Shown here piece by piece: positions 1 to 10,600 of a stretch of DNA of 58,190 nucleotides. Location: positions 62,001 through 120,190 of IMG/VR virus record IMGVR_UViG_3300027734_000046; one strand, 5' to 3'. This stretch comes from an uncultured virus (IMG/VR IMGVR_UViG_3300027734_000046). Taxonomy: Duplodnaviria > Heunggongvirae > Uroviricota > Caudoviricetes. How positions within the stretch are numbered: position 1 is the stretch's first letter; every line of letters starts with the position of its first letter. Position numbers and translations under genes: made by a program. The notes beneath the pieces were generated by a model. The model made no database searches and was not told where the DNA came from. It saw nothing but the letters and a program-made list of their open reading frames with translations.

Positions 1-103
1 CCTCAATACGACTTATCGCATTAGTTGTAACCGTTGGCGCTGTTTGACTAAAACCAAAAATCGTTAATAAACTTAACGTTAATACTAGTAATACTTTTTT
101 CAT
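1..103 (-). CDS. Secreted protein, N-terminal fragment (runs off the window start)
   Basis: Manual translation from ATG at 103: MKKVLLVLTLSLLTIFGFSQTAPTVTTNAISRIE. Sec signal peptide with a likely Gln at +1, then a PTVTT motif; A-rich leader. Not in the ORF track. Confidence 0.7.
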   Translation of the reverse strand, partial: MKKVLLVLTLSLLTIFGFSQTAPTVTTNAISRIE

Positions 104-128
104 TTTTTTTATTTTTTTAATTTTTTAT

Positions 129-1103
129 TTAACAATTAGTTACATCTATAGTCCATCCACTTGAAACCAGACTTGTATATGCGCTATATCCTAATGTATT
201 GGCAGATAAACAACCATTACCAGTTTGATTAAATAATGTTATTGTATTTGGATTTTGCCAATACGTAGTTGCACTCAATTTAATTAATGTGTTAGTTATA
301 CCACTATTAGGCAACGAATTATCGTTCAAATATATATACGAAATAAAATTAGGGAATGGATTACCTAACGACCATGGATTAAATGTTGATATTGAATTAT
401 AACTTAAATCTAACACCTGCAATCTGCTAGGTAATGGTTGATACGGTGTAAAATTAGTTATTGAATTATAGCTTAAATTTAATGTTTGAATACTTGGTAT
501 TGGTAATGATGGGTCATAATTTGTGATTAAATTATTATTCAAATAAAGATTTGAAATACCCAAAGGAAAAGGAACTGTTGGGGTGAACCCTGTCAATAAA
601 TTATTATTTAAATATAAATCAGTCAGCCCTTGTGGTAAACTAGTCGGTGTAAATGCTGTTACACTATTATACGATAAATCCAACGTTTGAACCGAACTAG
701 GTAATGTTGAAATTCTACTATCAAAGTTATTGATTAAGTTACCACTTAAATTTAAATACGTTAAACCACTTAAATTCTCTAAACCTATTATATCCCTTAA
801 TCTATTATTACCATACCCTGAAGATATGTCCAAATTGTTAATTAATATTGGGTTGTTAATAGCTGTTGATGCGGTATAGTTACCGTTAATTGAATATGTG
901 TGTGATGGTGTATAGTTATCAGAACTTAAATATGTATTTTGAGAGCCATCACCCCAATTTACTGTCATTGTGAAATTAGAGGAGCCCTGAACAAAAAAGT
1001 TTAACGAATTACCTGTTGAATTAAAAACAAATTTTAATTGTCCTTCCGTAGATGCAGATGTTTTATATGATGAGGCTGTTAAACCAATATAAAATAATTT
1101 CAT
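129..1103 (-). CDS. Leucine-rich repeat protein with N-terminal PKD-like domain
   Basis: TVNWGDGS PKD-like motif; about 8 LxxLxLSxNxI repeats (LTYLNLSGNLI, VQTLDLSYNSV, LTDLYLNNNLL, LQVLDLSYNSI). Confidence 0.85.
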   Translation of the reverse strand: MKLFYIGLTASSYKTSASTEGQLKFVFNSTGNSLNFFVQGSSNFTMTVNWGDGSQNTYLSSDNYTPSHTYSINGNYTASTAINNPILINNLDISSGYGNNRLRDIIGLENLSGLTYLNLSGNLINNFDSRISTLPSSVQTLDLSYNSVTAFTPTSLPQGLTDLYLNNNLLTGFTPTVPFPLGISNLYLNNNLITNYDPSLPIPSIQTLNLSYNSITNFTPYQPLPSRLQVLDLSYNSISTFNPWSLGNPFPNFISYIYLNDNSLPNSGITNTLIKLSATTYWQNPNTITLFNQTGNGCLSANTLGYSAYTSLVSSGWTIDVTNC

Positions 1104-1106
1104 ATT

Positions 1107-1478
1107 TTATTTTTTTATGCTCCCTTCTAAGACATTTATAAATAATTCTTCTCTAATTGGAACAACCAACGTTCCACTACCATCTAAAAATTCTATCGTA
1201 AAAGTACCAACATATCTTCCAGCCTTTTCAGTATCCCTTTCAGAAAATTGATAAACTAGATAATATTCCTCACCAACACAATCAACAGGTATTACAAGTT
1301 GGGTACCAGCAATTTTTCTACCGATTCTTTTAACGCCTGTTGTTACATCAGACATACTAAAATATATTGTTGCATTTTGAATTTGTTCAAAAAATCTTCT
1401 GAAATCATTTCTACCATCTTGAATTAGCTCAAGCTTTAGGATAGGTAATGTTGCGCCTTTATTTATAAAAAATTCCAT
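1107..1478 (-). CDS. BppU-N-like phage baseplate/fibre adaptor protein
   Basis: FFINKGATLPILKLEL...YQFSERDTEKAGRYVGTFTIEF...P pattern resembles the BppU N-terminal Ig-like domain; lies in the fibre operon. Confidence 0.55.
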   Translation of the reverse strand: MEFFINKGATLPILKLELIQDGRNDFRRFFEQIQNATIYFSMSDVTTGVKRIGRKIAGTQLVIPVDCVGEEYYLVYQFSERDTEKAGRYVGTFTIEFLDGSGTLVVPIREELFINVLEGSIKK

Positions 1479-1492
1479 ATATTATTTTAATA

Positions 1493-4400
1493 TTAATCAT
1501 AAACTCTTATTTCTATCACAGTATAATAGGTATCGCCAAATACCCTATCTGAGGTTGCCTTAGCTACTTGTATTTTACTTGAATCTACAAAATTGGTAAA
1601 CATAAAACCATAAGTAGCTACTGTTATATCACCCCCACCCTTAGATACACCACATGTAGCAAAAATTGCCGTTTTATCAGTAGTAAATGGTGTACCAGTA
1701 GATGCGCTAATTGTTATTACTTTTACACTCCTATCGTAAACTACACCAATTGTTGTGTTAAGTTCATTTTCTAAAACAATAGGATAACCAGCAGTCATAT
1801 TATTTCCAGAATCTATATCAACCGCCGCAACATATCTTTTATAAGGGTTTATTGTTCTCCACATAGTACCATCATACAACTGGAGACCAGCATATCTCCT
1901 TGTAGGAGTACTTCCAGAGGCATCTGAATGAACAATAAGTCCTTTTGCTGGACTACTTGGCAAATCTCCACTACCTACTCTTGGTGGTAAAAAACCTTTA
2001 GATGTTGATGTTAAATCTAATATCGCACTAGAATTTGGTTTATTAATGCCAATACTTACAGCACTACCAGTAATTGCGGTAAATATTGAACTTGAAACAT
2101 CGTTTGAATTACATCCAGTCCCAAATAAAACACCACCTATATTAAACGAATTTACTGTACCCGAACTTAATGTTATATTAGTACCAATAATAATATTATT
2201 GTTACCAAATCCACCACTAGAAGCAGCTTTACTACCTATTATGATACTTGAGTTAGATGTTGTTCCGCTACCAGCACTAGGGCCAATAATTATTGTGGAT
2301 GCGGCTGTTTTTACATTCAACCCCGCATTAACACCAATTGCTATCATGTTATCACTAGTACCAACACCAGACCCAGCTAAATTTCCAATAAAAATACCAT
2401 TAGTTGTACCTGTTACACCTTCACCAGAATTACTACCAATAAAAATACCCCTGTCAGCACCTGTTGAATTCTTACCAGCATCAGCACCAATCATAACTGC
2501 ATTTGGGGCGATATCACCAGCATTACCAGCATTACTTCCAATCATAACTGCGGTACTAGAACCATTTGCTCCGACACCAGCATTAGTACCAATAAAAACA
2601 GAACCACTAGAAGTATGAGCTAATTCACCAGCACTAGTACCAATATACACCCCATTTAGGCTTGTACTACCCGTAATACCCCTAGCTGTTCCATTACCTA
2701 TGATTACAGATGATGTTGAATTTACCGAGCTTTGACCTGCTTGGTATCCTATATATACACCCTTATCGTTATTTGAGGATGATTTAAGAGCCTCATACCC
2801 AATAGCAATACTATATTCTGATTTACCCGTTAAATTGGTGGAATTATCACCAGCACTTCGACCAATAAATGTTGAACCACTAGCACTTGTTGCATTTTTA
2901 CCAGCGTCCTCACCAATAAATAGTGAGTAGCTAGCGTTAGTTGCACCACTACCAGCATTTTTACCTATAAAAGCCGAACTAGTAACAGAGCTAGCACTCC
3001 AACCAGCACCAGAACCAGCAAAGAATGAATAAGTTGCACCAGTAGCACCTTTACCAGCGCTAACGCCAAAAAATTGAGAATTATTAGCAGATGTTGCACC
3101 ATAACCCGCCTGACTACCAATCATTATTGAGTTATTTGCGCTAGTACCACCTAATCCACTTTGTGTACCAATAAATGTTGAATTACTAGCGCTACTAGCA
3201 TTAGAACCAGCACCAACACCAATAAATGTTGAATTATTAGCGTTACTGGATTGATAACCAGCTTGGTCACCGATAAATAAAGAATTATCGGCAAAAGTTG
3301 CACCAAAACCACTTCTATCACCAATAAATGTTGAACCACTAGCGTTAGTGGCTGATGTACCAGCGCTTAAACCAAATACAAACATACTGCTAGCTAAAGC
3401 TTTAGCTCCATTACCAAAAGCTATAGAACCAGTACCTGTAGCTACTGGAATAACAGCAGGTGGTGTATTATTTTCATCGTACCAATAAAGTGTTGCACCA
3501 ATATTACCAAGAACATTACCACCAGTTATATCAGTAATGCTCTTAAACGAAACACTTCCGTTAGATTCTCTTGTTAATAACTGAGGAGCTGTAGTACCAC
3601 TAGAAATACCAGATAATGTTAATGTATTTGCAGTTAAACCACTAGTAAATACCGTACCACCACTTACTGTTCCACCACTTAATGGAAGATAAGCACCTGA
3701 AGCAGACGACGAACCTGTATACGCAGATAGGCTTATTGTAAATGCTGAATATCCGTCTGTTCTATTTTGAGTTAAGGTTATTGTATTTGATGATAACGTA
3801 AACCCTGTTACAAAAGTATCTGCAGTAAGATTACCACCACCTATATCATTAATGTTTTTAAATGAAACATTTCCGTTAGATTCTCTTGTTAATACCTGAG
3901 TAGCAGTAGCAGCACTAGAAATACTAGACAATGTTACATCACCACCAAAATATGTTGTACCTGTTTGAACCTTTAACGCATATGTATCACCTGATACATT
4001 AGACCCCTTTATTGGTGCACCAGCAATGTATACGTTACTTAAAGCACTATACGTAACACCAGATGTAACACCAGTATAATATGTTGTAGAACCTGTTGTT
4101 ATACCTGTAAAAAACCCAGGGTCGGTTAAACCTGTTTGAGCAACAATTTGCGAATACGAAACGCCCCTATATCCTGTACTAGTTGCGCTTAATATTTCCC
4201 CTAATGACGATGCGGTTCCAGCACTTGATGTGCTCAAACTAGGTAATGCAAACAAACTAGCATTATAAAAATTACTAAGTAAAGAATCGTTTATTGTTAT
4301 TGATAGAACAGTACCACCAGTAGTAGCAGCTGAATAATACATCAAATAACTTGATAATGTTGTATAATTTTGGGTGCTTGTAATTAATGTTGTATTAGCA

Positions 4401-6241
4401 CTAAATGTTGGAATATTAAAACTATTAGCCACTATCTCACTACGTGTTGCTGGTGTAGCAGTACTATTTGCCTCAGTATATACAGCGCTTTTAATATTAA
4501 GAGCGGAACCAGCTGTACCCCAAAAACTCCTTATTGGGTTTGGCGGTCCAACAGTACTAGTTTCATTTATAACCACCTGCCCACCAAAAGCGGCAACTGG
4601 TGCGGAAAATGTAAGAACACCGTTACTATTTAAAAACTTAGAATTTGGTCTATCAAGATGCGACATTACCAAATCGTTGTTATATGGTTTATTTCTAAAT
4701 ACAAACATTTTGGAAGGGTCTGGATATTGATTACTAAGACCACCACCACCTGCATTATATGACGTTTCAAAATATAGTCCTAATGGGGCAGCTGGAGAGT
4801 AAATAACAGCCCTAGAAGTACCAAAATTTATCGCTGGGAATGAAGAAGGTAAAAATAAAGTACCCGTACCCGAAGCACCTTGTGAATATGTAAAATCAGC
4901 GTTAGTTGTAATTTGATTAGAACTAAAAAATGGTATCCTACCAGTTGTAGCAGAAAATGCACGTAATACACCATTTGTATCAACACTCGTAAGATACGTA
5001 TCAGCTGATATACCCGCTAATCCTTGAAATCTAACTGGGTTTGTTGTTGCGGTTACATGTAGTGTATTGGTTCCCGATAAAACACCAATACCAACAGTTC
5101 CACCAGTACTAACCGTTAAAGCATTTGGTATTGTCGAAGAACTAAAGTTTAATGTTTTTTGATTTAAATCAACAACCCTATTACCGTTTAAAGCACCGTC
5201 ACTAGTATATAAGGTATTAATGCTTGAAGCGACTGTTGAAGTAAGTGAAGCAACAGAAATTGAATGTACCACACCAACATTGTCAATTGTTAAAACATTT
5301 GAATCAGAAGAACCTCCTATACCCTCAATTCTAATTGGGTCAGTAGCTGCCGAAATATGTAATTTTGTACTAGCCGATAAAACACCAATACCAACTGTAC
5401 CACCAGTACTAATTGTTAAACTGTTTGGCGCTGTTGATGAACTAAAATTTAATGTTTTTTGGTTTAAGTCAACACGCCTATCTGATTTTATTGAATCATC
5501 TTTACCATACAGTGTTGTTATACCTGTAATACTTAAATTTTTACTTGGGTCAGTAAAATCTAGCGCAATTGAAGCACCTGTTTGATTATATGTTGCAGCT
5601 GTTGTATATATGTTTGTATAACCTGCAGTAAATCCAGTAACAATAAATACACCACGAGAACTAATTGGCCTCCAATTAGCTGTATCCCCACTAGGTGGTG
5701 TTGGGTTTGCACTAACATTTGCGATTGAGTAGTAATCTAAATTATTAACAGTATATGTAACAACAGTACTAGCTGTGTATGCAGAAGATGCGTTCCAGTT
5801 ACCAGCATAAAATAAACCAGTACGGGTATTTGTTGTGCTTGATGAAAACGTAACAATACCGTTTAAAGAATTATAAGTACCACCTGTAACGGTCACGTCT
5901 GAAGCCAACGAGCTAAGATTTTTTGTTATCCCACCACCAAATGTGTTTAATGTCAAATCATAACTCCCAAGGTCCCAAGTTAATCCTGTAACCATTTGTA
6001 TTTGACTCCATGTTGTGTTACCACTATTTAATACGTAATAATCATTAAATGCGCCATTTTTAACACCAACAATCATTCCCGCTCTTCTTCTTTCAGAAGG
6101 TATTTCATTCCTAGCAGTAATATCATTAACATTTCTTAAACTATCAACACCATAAACTGGGTCAATAACCGCATAAGTATCTTGGGTATCTGTTGGTGAT
6201 ATAAATCCAGTTATGCGTACTCCGCCATCTATAGTTGCCAT
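1493..6241 (-). CDS. Long tail fibre/adhesin-like protein (1582 aa) with xIGxxAG beta-roll repeats
   Basis: G/S/T-rich; many ~14-aa (F/M)IGxxAG repeats; SAILDLTSTSKGFLPPR motif; CBM-like insert; internal duplications. Confidence 0.75.
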   Translation of the reverse strand: MATIDGGVRITGFISPTDTQDTYAVIDPVYGVDSLRNVNDITARNEIPSERRRAGMIVGVKNGAFNDYYVLNSGNTTWSQIQMVTGLTWDLGSYDLTLNTFGGGITKNLSSLASDVTVTGGTYNSLNGIVTFSSSTTNTRTGLFYAGNWNASSAYTASTVVTYTVNNLDYYSIANVSANPTPPSGDTANWRPISSRGVFIVTGFTAGYTNIYTTAATYNQTGASIALDFTDPSKNLSITGITTLYGKDDSIKSDRRVDLNQKTLNFSSSTAPNSLTISTGGTVGIGVLSASTKLHISAATDPIRIEGIGGSSDSNVLTIDNVGVVHSISVASLTSTVASSINTLYTSDGALNGNRVVDLNQKTLNFSSSTIPNALTVSTGGTVGIGVLSGTNTLHVTATTNPVRFQGLAGISADTYLTSVDTNGVLRAFSATTGRIPFFSSNQITTNADFTYSQGASGTGTLFLPSSFPAINFGTSRAVIYSPAAPLGLYFETSYNAGGGGLSNQYPDPSKMFVFRNKPYNNDLVMSHLDRPNSKFLNSNGVLTFSAPVAAFGGQVVINETSTVGPPNPIRSFWGTAGSALNIKSAVYTEANSTATPATRSEIVANSFNIPTFSANTTLITSTQNYTTLSSYLMYYSAATTGGTVLSITINDSLLSNFYNASLFALPSLSTSSAGTASSLGEILSATSTGYRGVSYSQIVAQTGLTDPGFFTGITTGSTTYYTGVTSGVTYSALSNVYIAGAPIKGSNVSGDTYALKVQTGTTYFGGDVTLSSISSAATATQVLTRESNGNVSFKNINDIGGGNLTADTFVTGFTLSSNTITLTQNRTDGYSAFTISLSAYTGSSSASGAYLPLSGGTVSGGTVFTSGLTANTLTLSGISSGTTAPQLLTRESNGSVSFKSITDITGGNVLGNIGATLYWYDENNTPPAVIPVATGTGSIAFGNGAKALASSMFVFGLSAGTSATNASGSTFIGDRSGFGATFADNSLFIGDQAGYQSSNANNSTFIGVGAGSNASSASNSTFIGTQSGLGGTSANNSIMIGSQAGYGATSANNSQFFGVSAGKGATGATYSFFAGSGAGWSASSVTSSAFIGKNAGSGATNASYSLFIGEDAGKNATSASGSTFIGRSAGDNSTNLTGKSEYSIAIGYEALKSSSNNDKGVYIGYQAGQSSVNSTSSVIIGNGTARGITGSTSLNGVYIGTSAGELAHTSSGSVFIGTNAGVGANGSSTAVMIGSNAGNAGDIAPNAVMIGADAGKNSTGADRGIFIGSNSGEGVTGTTNGIFIGNLAGSGVGTSDNMIAIGVNAGLNVKTAASTIIIGPSAGSGTTSNSSIIIGSKAASSGGFGNNNIIIGTNITLSSGTVNSFNIGGVLFGTGCNSNDVSSSIFTAITGSAVSIGINKPNSSAILDLTSTSKGFLPPRVGSGDLPSSPAKGLIVHSDASGSTPTRRYAGLQLYDGTMWRTINPYKRYVAAVDIDSGNNMTAGYPIVLENELNTTIGVVYDRSVKVITISASTGTPFTTDKTAIFATCGVSKGGGDITVATYGFMFTNFVDSSKIQVAKATSDRVFGDTYYTVIEIRVYD

Positions 6242-6267
6242 ATATTTCTTTTTTTATTTTTTATTTT

Positions 6268-7527
6268 TTAAGAGCACAACCACGCATTTAATGAACCTGC
6301 AAAAGCGTTTGTCGTTCTGTATACATTATATGTTGTTGATATACCATATATATTACCAAATGATAATGTTCCAACTACAGAGTACGGTATATTACCTATA
6401 CCACTACAACCAGCTGTAGAATCTTTTAAATTAGTTGGTTGTGATAAACTTTGTGGTATAACTAAATAACCATATTCAGGGCTTGCTGTTGACGGCCAAG
6501 TAATATAATTATTTGTAACATTAGCAACCAAAGCAGTATTAGTAAGACCACTTGCTTGTGCTGCAGTTATGCTAGTATTAGGTGACTTGCCATAATACCA
6601 CCTATTTCTCCAAAAAGCTGTTATATTTCTTGTAAATGTTGTACCTTGACTATTAGTTGCTGTGATTTTATACAAATCAAGTGCTGTAACAGTAGCCGTT
6701 GAACTTGAAATATTAATTGATAATGTTACAGGTTGCGTTCCGTCATTTGCCGAACCACTAACCAATGTTGTTGTACTTGGTGATAACTGCTCTATAGTTA
6801 TCGTGTTCGCACTTACATTTGTTGAATTTGATGTGGCCCAAGTAAATGTTTGAGAACCAATTGAAATTGGTTGCCCAACTTCATAAACTGTTGTTAAGTT
6901 AGTTCTAGCGAATGATGTAAATGCTGGTACTTGATATGGGTATAATAACGCATCAAACATCTGTTGCATTGTTTGGTTTAAAAATGTAGTCGATTGCGGT
7001 ATCCCACCCAACCCTGCTGTTGTGGGTGTAGAATTTGTGTAAGTGGGTGTACTACCAGTAGAAAAACCATTTATTATGATTGATGAACCATCACTATTAT
7101 TTAAAGTTAGTGTACCTAATGTACTATCAGCCGAACCACCCGTTATGAACCCATCAACATTAATAGATGAACCATTGGTATTATCCAACGTTAAAATACC
7201 TGTAACACTAGAATATGTTGCAGCTGTAACAGAACCAGCACCATCAGCTCCAGCAGCACCAGCAGGACCAGCAGCACCAGCAGGACCTGTAGCACCAGCT
7301 TCACCTTCGGGACCCGCAGGACCTCTAAAATCATCTAAGTTAATAGACAATGTATCACCATTAAGTCTATTTAATTGTAGTGTTGTTCCGTTTAAATTGA
7401 CGTTATCTATATCTAAACCTTTTAGAAATATAAAATTATTGTCAAGTTCGGCTTGACTTAAGACACTACCCTTTGTTTCGTCACCGTATGGACTTGTTTG
7501 AGTCCTTAATATTAAATTATTTGACAT
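6268..7527 (-). CDS. Virion fibre protein with short collagen-like segment
   Basis: N-terminal LILR...KGSVLSQAELDNNF phage fibre motif; G-X-Y run GPAGPEGEAGATGPAGAAGPAGAAGADGAG; C-terminal half resembles that of 17549-19315. Confidence 0.7.
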   Translation of the reverse strand: MSNNLILRTQTSPYGDETKGSVLSQAELDNNFIFLKGLDIDNVNLNGTTLQLNRLNGDTLSINLDDFRGPAGPEGEAGATGPAGAAGPAGAAGADGAGSVTAATYSSVTGILTLDNTNGSSINVDGFITGGSADSTLGTLTLNNSDGSSIIINGFSTGSTPTYTNSTPTTAGLGGIPQSTTFLNQTMQQMFDALLYPYQVPAFTSFARTNLTTVYEVGQPISIGSQTFTWATSNSTNVSANTITIEQLSPSTTTLVSGSANDGTQPVTLSINISSSTATVTALDLYKITATNSQGTTFTRNITAFWRNRWYYGKSPNTSITAAQASGLTNTALVANVTNNYITWPSTASPEYGYLVIPQSLSQPTNLKDSTAGCSGIGNIPYSVVGTLSFGNIYGISTTYNVYRTTNAFAGSLNAWLCS

Positions 7528-7557
7528 ATTTGTTGATTAGATACTATATTAATAAAA

Positions 7558-7615
7558 AATACCCAAATATAAATATTCACCAAAATTGTTTTGACAAATA
7601 AAATATTTGGGTATT
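7558..7615. terminator. 13-bp inverted repeat (possible terminator or processing hairpin)
   Basis: AATACCCAAATAT (7558-7570) and ATATTTGGGTATT (7603-7615); T-run follows on the minus strand; just downstream of the 7635-11474 stop. The long loop is atypical for a terminator. Confidence 0.45.
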
Positions 7616-7634
7616 CTTATAATAAACTAAAACA

Positions 7635-10600
7635 CTATTGTTTTACAAATAATATTGATTGATTATATGTAATAGCAACATAACTACCTGAAGTTAAGTT
7701 TCTCACACTAACCCAATCACCACCAGACGAATAACTAGAAGTTTTAACTGTAACCCCTAATATATTTTTAATCACCATAGTTCCAGACGTGTTAGAATTT
7801 ATATATATTGACCTTCTATCTGAATTATAAAAAAACCTTCTAATATTAACTGAAGAACAAGACCTACTTAAACTATCCGTTGACGGAAGACCAATGCAAC
7901 CTATAGGTTCACTAGTATATGTTCTAGATTGTAAACCATTAATACATGTACTCCATTGACTATAAGTAAATACACATGGTGTTGGAGAAACACATGCTCT
8001 TTGAACACTATCCGCAGGAGGAACCCCTGTACAACCTACTGGTGTGGATGTATATGTTCTTGTTTGAGTTCCATTAGCACATGTTGTCCAAATTCCATAT
8101 GTAAAATTACAAGGTACTATTGGTGATGTACAACTTCTTTGAATACTATCAGTTGGCGGAAATCCCACACATCCAGTTGGAGATGTTACATATGGTCTTG
8201 TTTGAACCCCATTATTACACGTTGTCCAAGTTCCGTATGTAAAAATACAAGGTGTTGGAGCAACTGAATTATACTGATATATTCCTATTGAAGGTGTTGC
8301 ACCAACAATATTTCCTTCAAAATCTCTATTAAGACCTACATTTGTACCATTATTTATGGCATAAGACGTATCACTAGCAATGTGCATATCCCAATTTTGT
8401 GGGTATATGCTAGAACTATCAACAATTAATTTACCATTGATAATTCTTTCGCCTATCGCTAATGTGGTATTAGGCCCTAAAGACGTAGGTGTAAATGAAC
8501 CAACCGCTCCCTGATAACCACTAACTAAGTGATAGATATTATTTCTATAAAACGCTTTAGGTCTTTCAGATTGTGTGTATTTAGCATAAAACCCATTATT
8601 AATCCAAAATACATTATTACGAATATCAAATACAGTATCTGCTGCTTGAACACTATGGTCACCTGACGCTATCGGCCTCCAAGCGTTTTGGAAGTTTTCT
8701 GATGATGGATAACGAGTTGATTTATTAATAGGGTATGGTGGCCAATAAATGAATCCTGTGTTTGCATATGTTTGACCATCACCCATAGCATCACCACCAG
8801 CATTGTTACCACTAAAACGTGACATAGAACCTTCTACAAAAAAGTTATTCCAAAAATGTAAATTTTTAACCTGTGTTGCATATGTTCCTGTAGTATTAAC
8901 ATACGCAATGTTGCTACAATTGATAAATTTATTATAGCAAATTGTATCGTCATCTGGGCCTTGTATACCGCCTGGTAAATTTGTGCCAAACTCCATACCA
9001 CCGCTACAATCAATGAATGTATTATAGGCAATGAATGAACTATCAAAATTATTAATAGTTTCAACAGCTCCACCTAATAAACCTGAACTAGATGAATTAA
9101 AAGGATTGGCATAAGCCCACGAACCTGTAATTCTATTATTTGTTATTCTATATTTACTTCCCGATAATAACATTGGGTCAGCACCTATATCAGCTTGACT
9201 TGCAGTATCTGTTATCCAACCTGTAGATTTAAAATTACTAAATGTATTATTTTCAATCTTAAAATCTCTAACAAAGGCAACAATACCATATGCTGTATTA
9301 CTAAAGTTACAGTTTTTTACCGTGATGTTACTACATTTACAACCATCACTTCCACTACAGTATCCACTATCCCCAAACCAAAGTCCTAGCGTTGTAAAAG
9401 CACCCGAACGTTTGTCATTGACAGGGAATCTTGTATCATTAAACTGTATACCGTCTATCACAATGTAACTTACATTAGCAAACGCCAATACACCTTTTTC
9501 GTTTGACCTAACTGAACTTGGATAAGGATATAGTAAGTTTGGGCTTTCTAAATTAATATCACCATAATATGTGAATACAATTGGATTAGTAGCAGTACCT
9601 GAAGGGAAGCTTAATCCTTCATATCCACCACCATACCATTTTACAGAAGCTACTGTGCTGAACTCGGTACCATTAGCAAATATTTCACCTCTTTTAAAAG
9701 CAAATGTATCACCAGCAGTTGCAATACTACTTAAAGTATTTAATTTTGCTAGTGTTTTCCAAGGGGTCAATGGATTCTGTGCTTGTGTAACACTATACGA
9801 ATCATTACCAATTGAACTAAAATAAAATTTTCTACCTCTTGTTGTTGGGGATGCACATGTTCTTGTTAAACTGTCTGCTGGAGGAACTCCCGTACAATTA
9901 GTTGGGGAACTCGTAAACGGTCTTGTTTGTATTCCATTACTACATGTTGTCCAAGTTCCGTATGTGAAAGTGCACGGTACTATCGGTGTTGTACAACTTC
10001 TTTGAATACTATCAGTTGGTGGAACCCCAATACAACCTGTCGGTGTAGGTGTATATGGTCTTGTTTGTGTTCCGTTAGAACATGTTGTCCAACTACCATA
10101 TGTAAAAGTACATGGTGTTGGAGTAACCGAACCACCGTATTGGTATATACCCATCGAAGGTATAGCACCAACACTATTACCAACAAAATCGCTTGTAAGA
10201 CCTACATTAACTCCAGAATTTATGGCTGGTGATGTACTTGTTAATGTATAATCCCAATTTAAAGGGTTAGAGTTTGTTGTATTTGTCCAAATAATTCCAG
10301 ATGTGGAAATCTCAGTACCGTCTAATGTGAAATTAGTAACACTACCATTAGATAATTTATATATGTTGTTAGTGTGACTTAAGTTAGCACCATTTAACTG
10401 TCCATTTCTTGTTAATGATAAACCATTAGATACCTGAATTATATTATTTTTAAGGATTATAATCCCAGCTGTAGCCTCTGATGTTGACATAGAAAACATA
10501 ATACCGCTACTACCCCCTGGATTTGTATTAGGAACGGTTTGTAACATTACATTATTATAAAATTGTAAGTTTCTTACCGCAGTTTTATACTGTCCACTAT

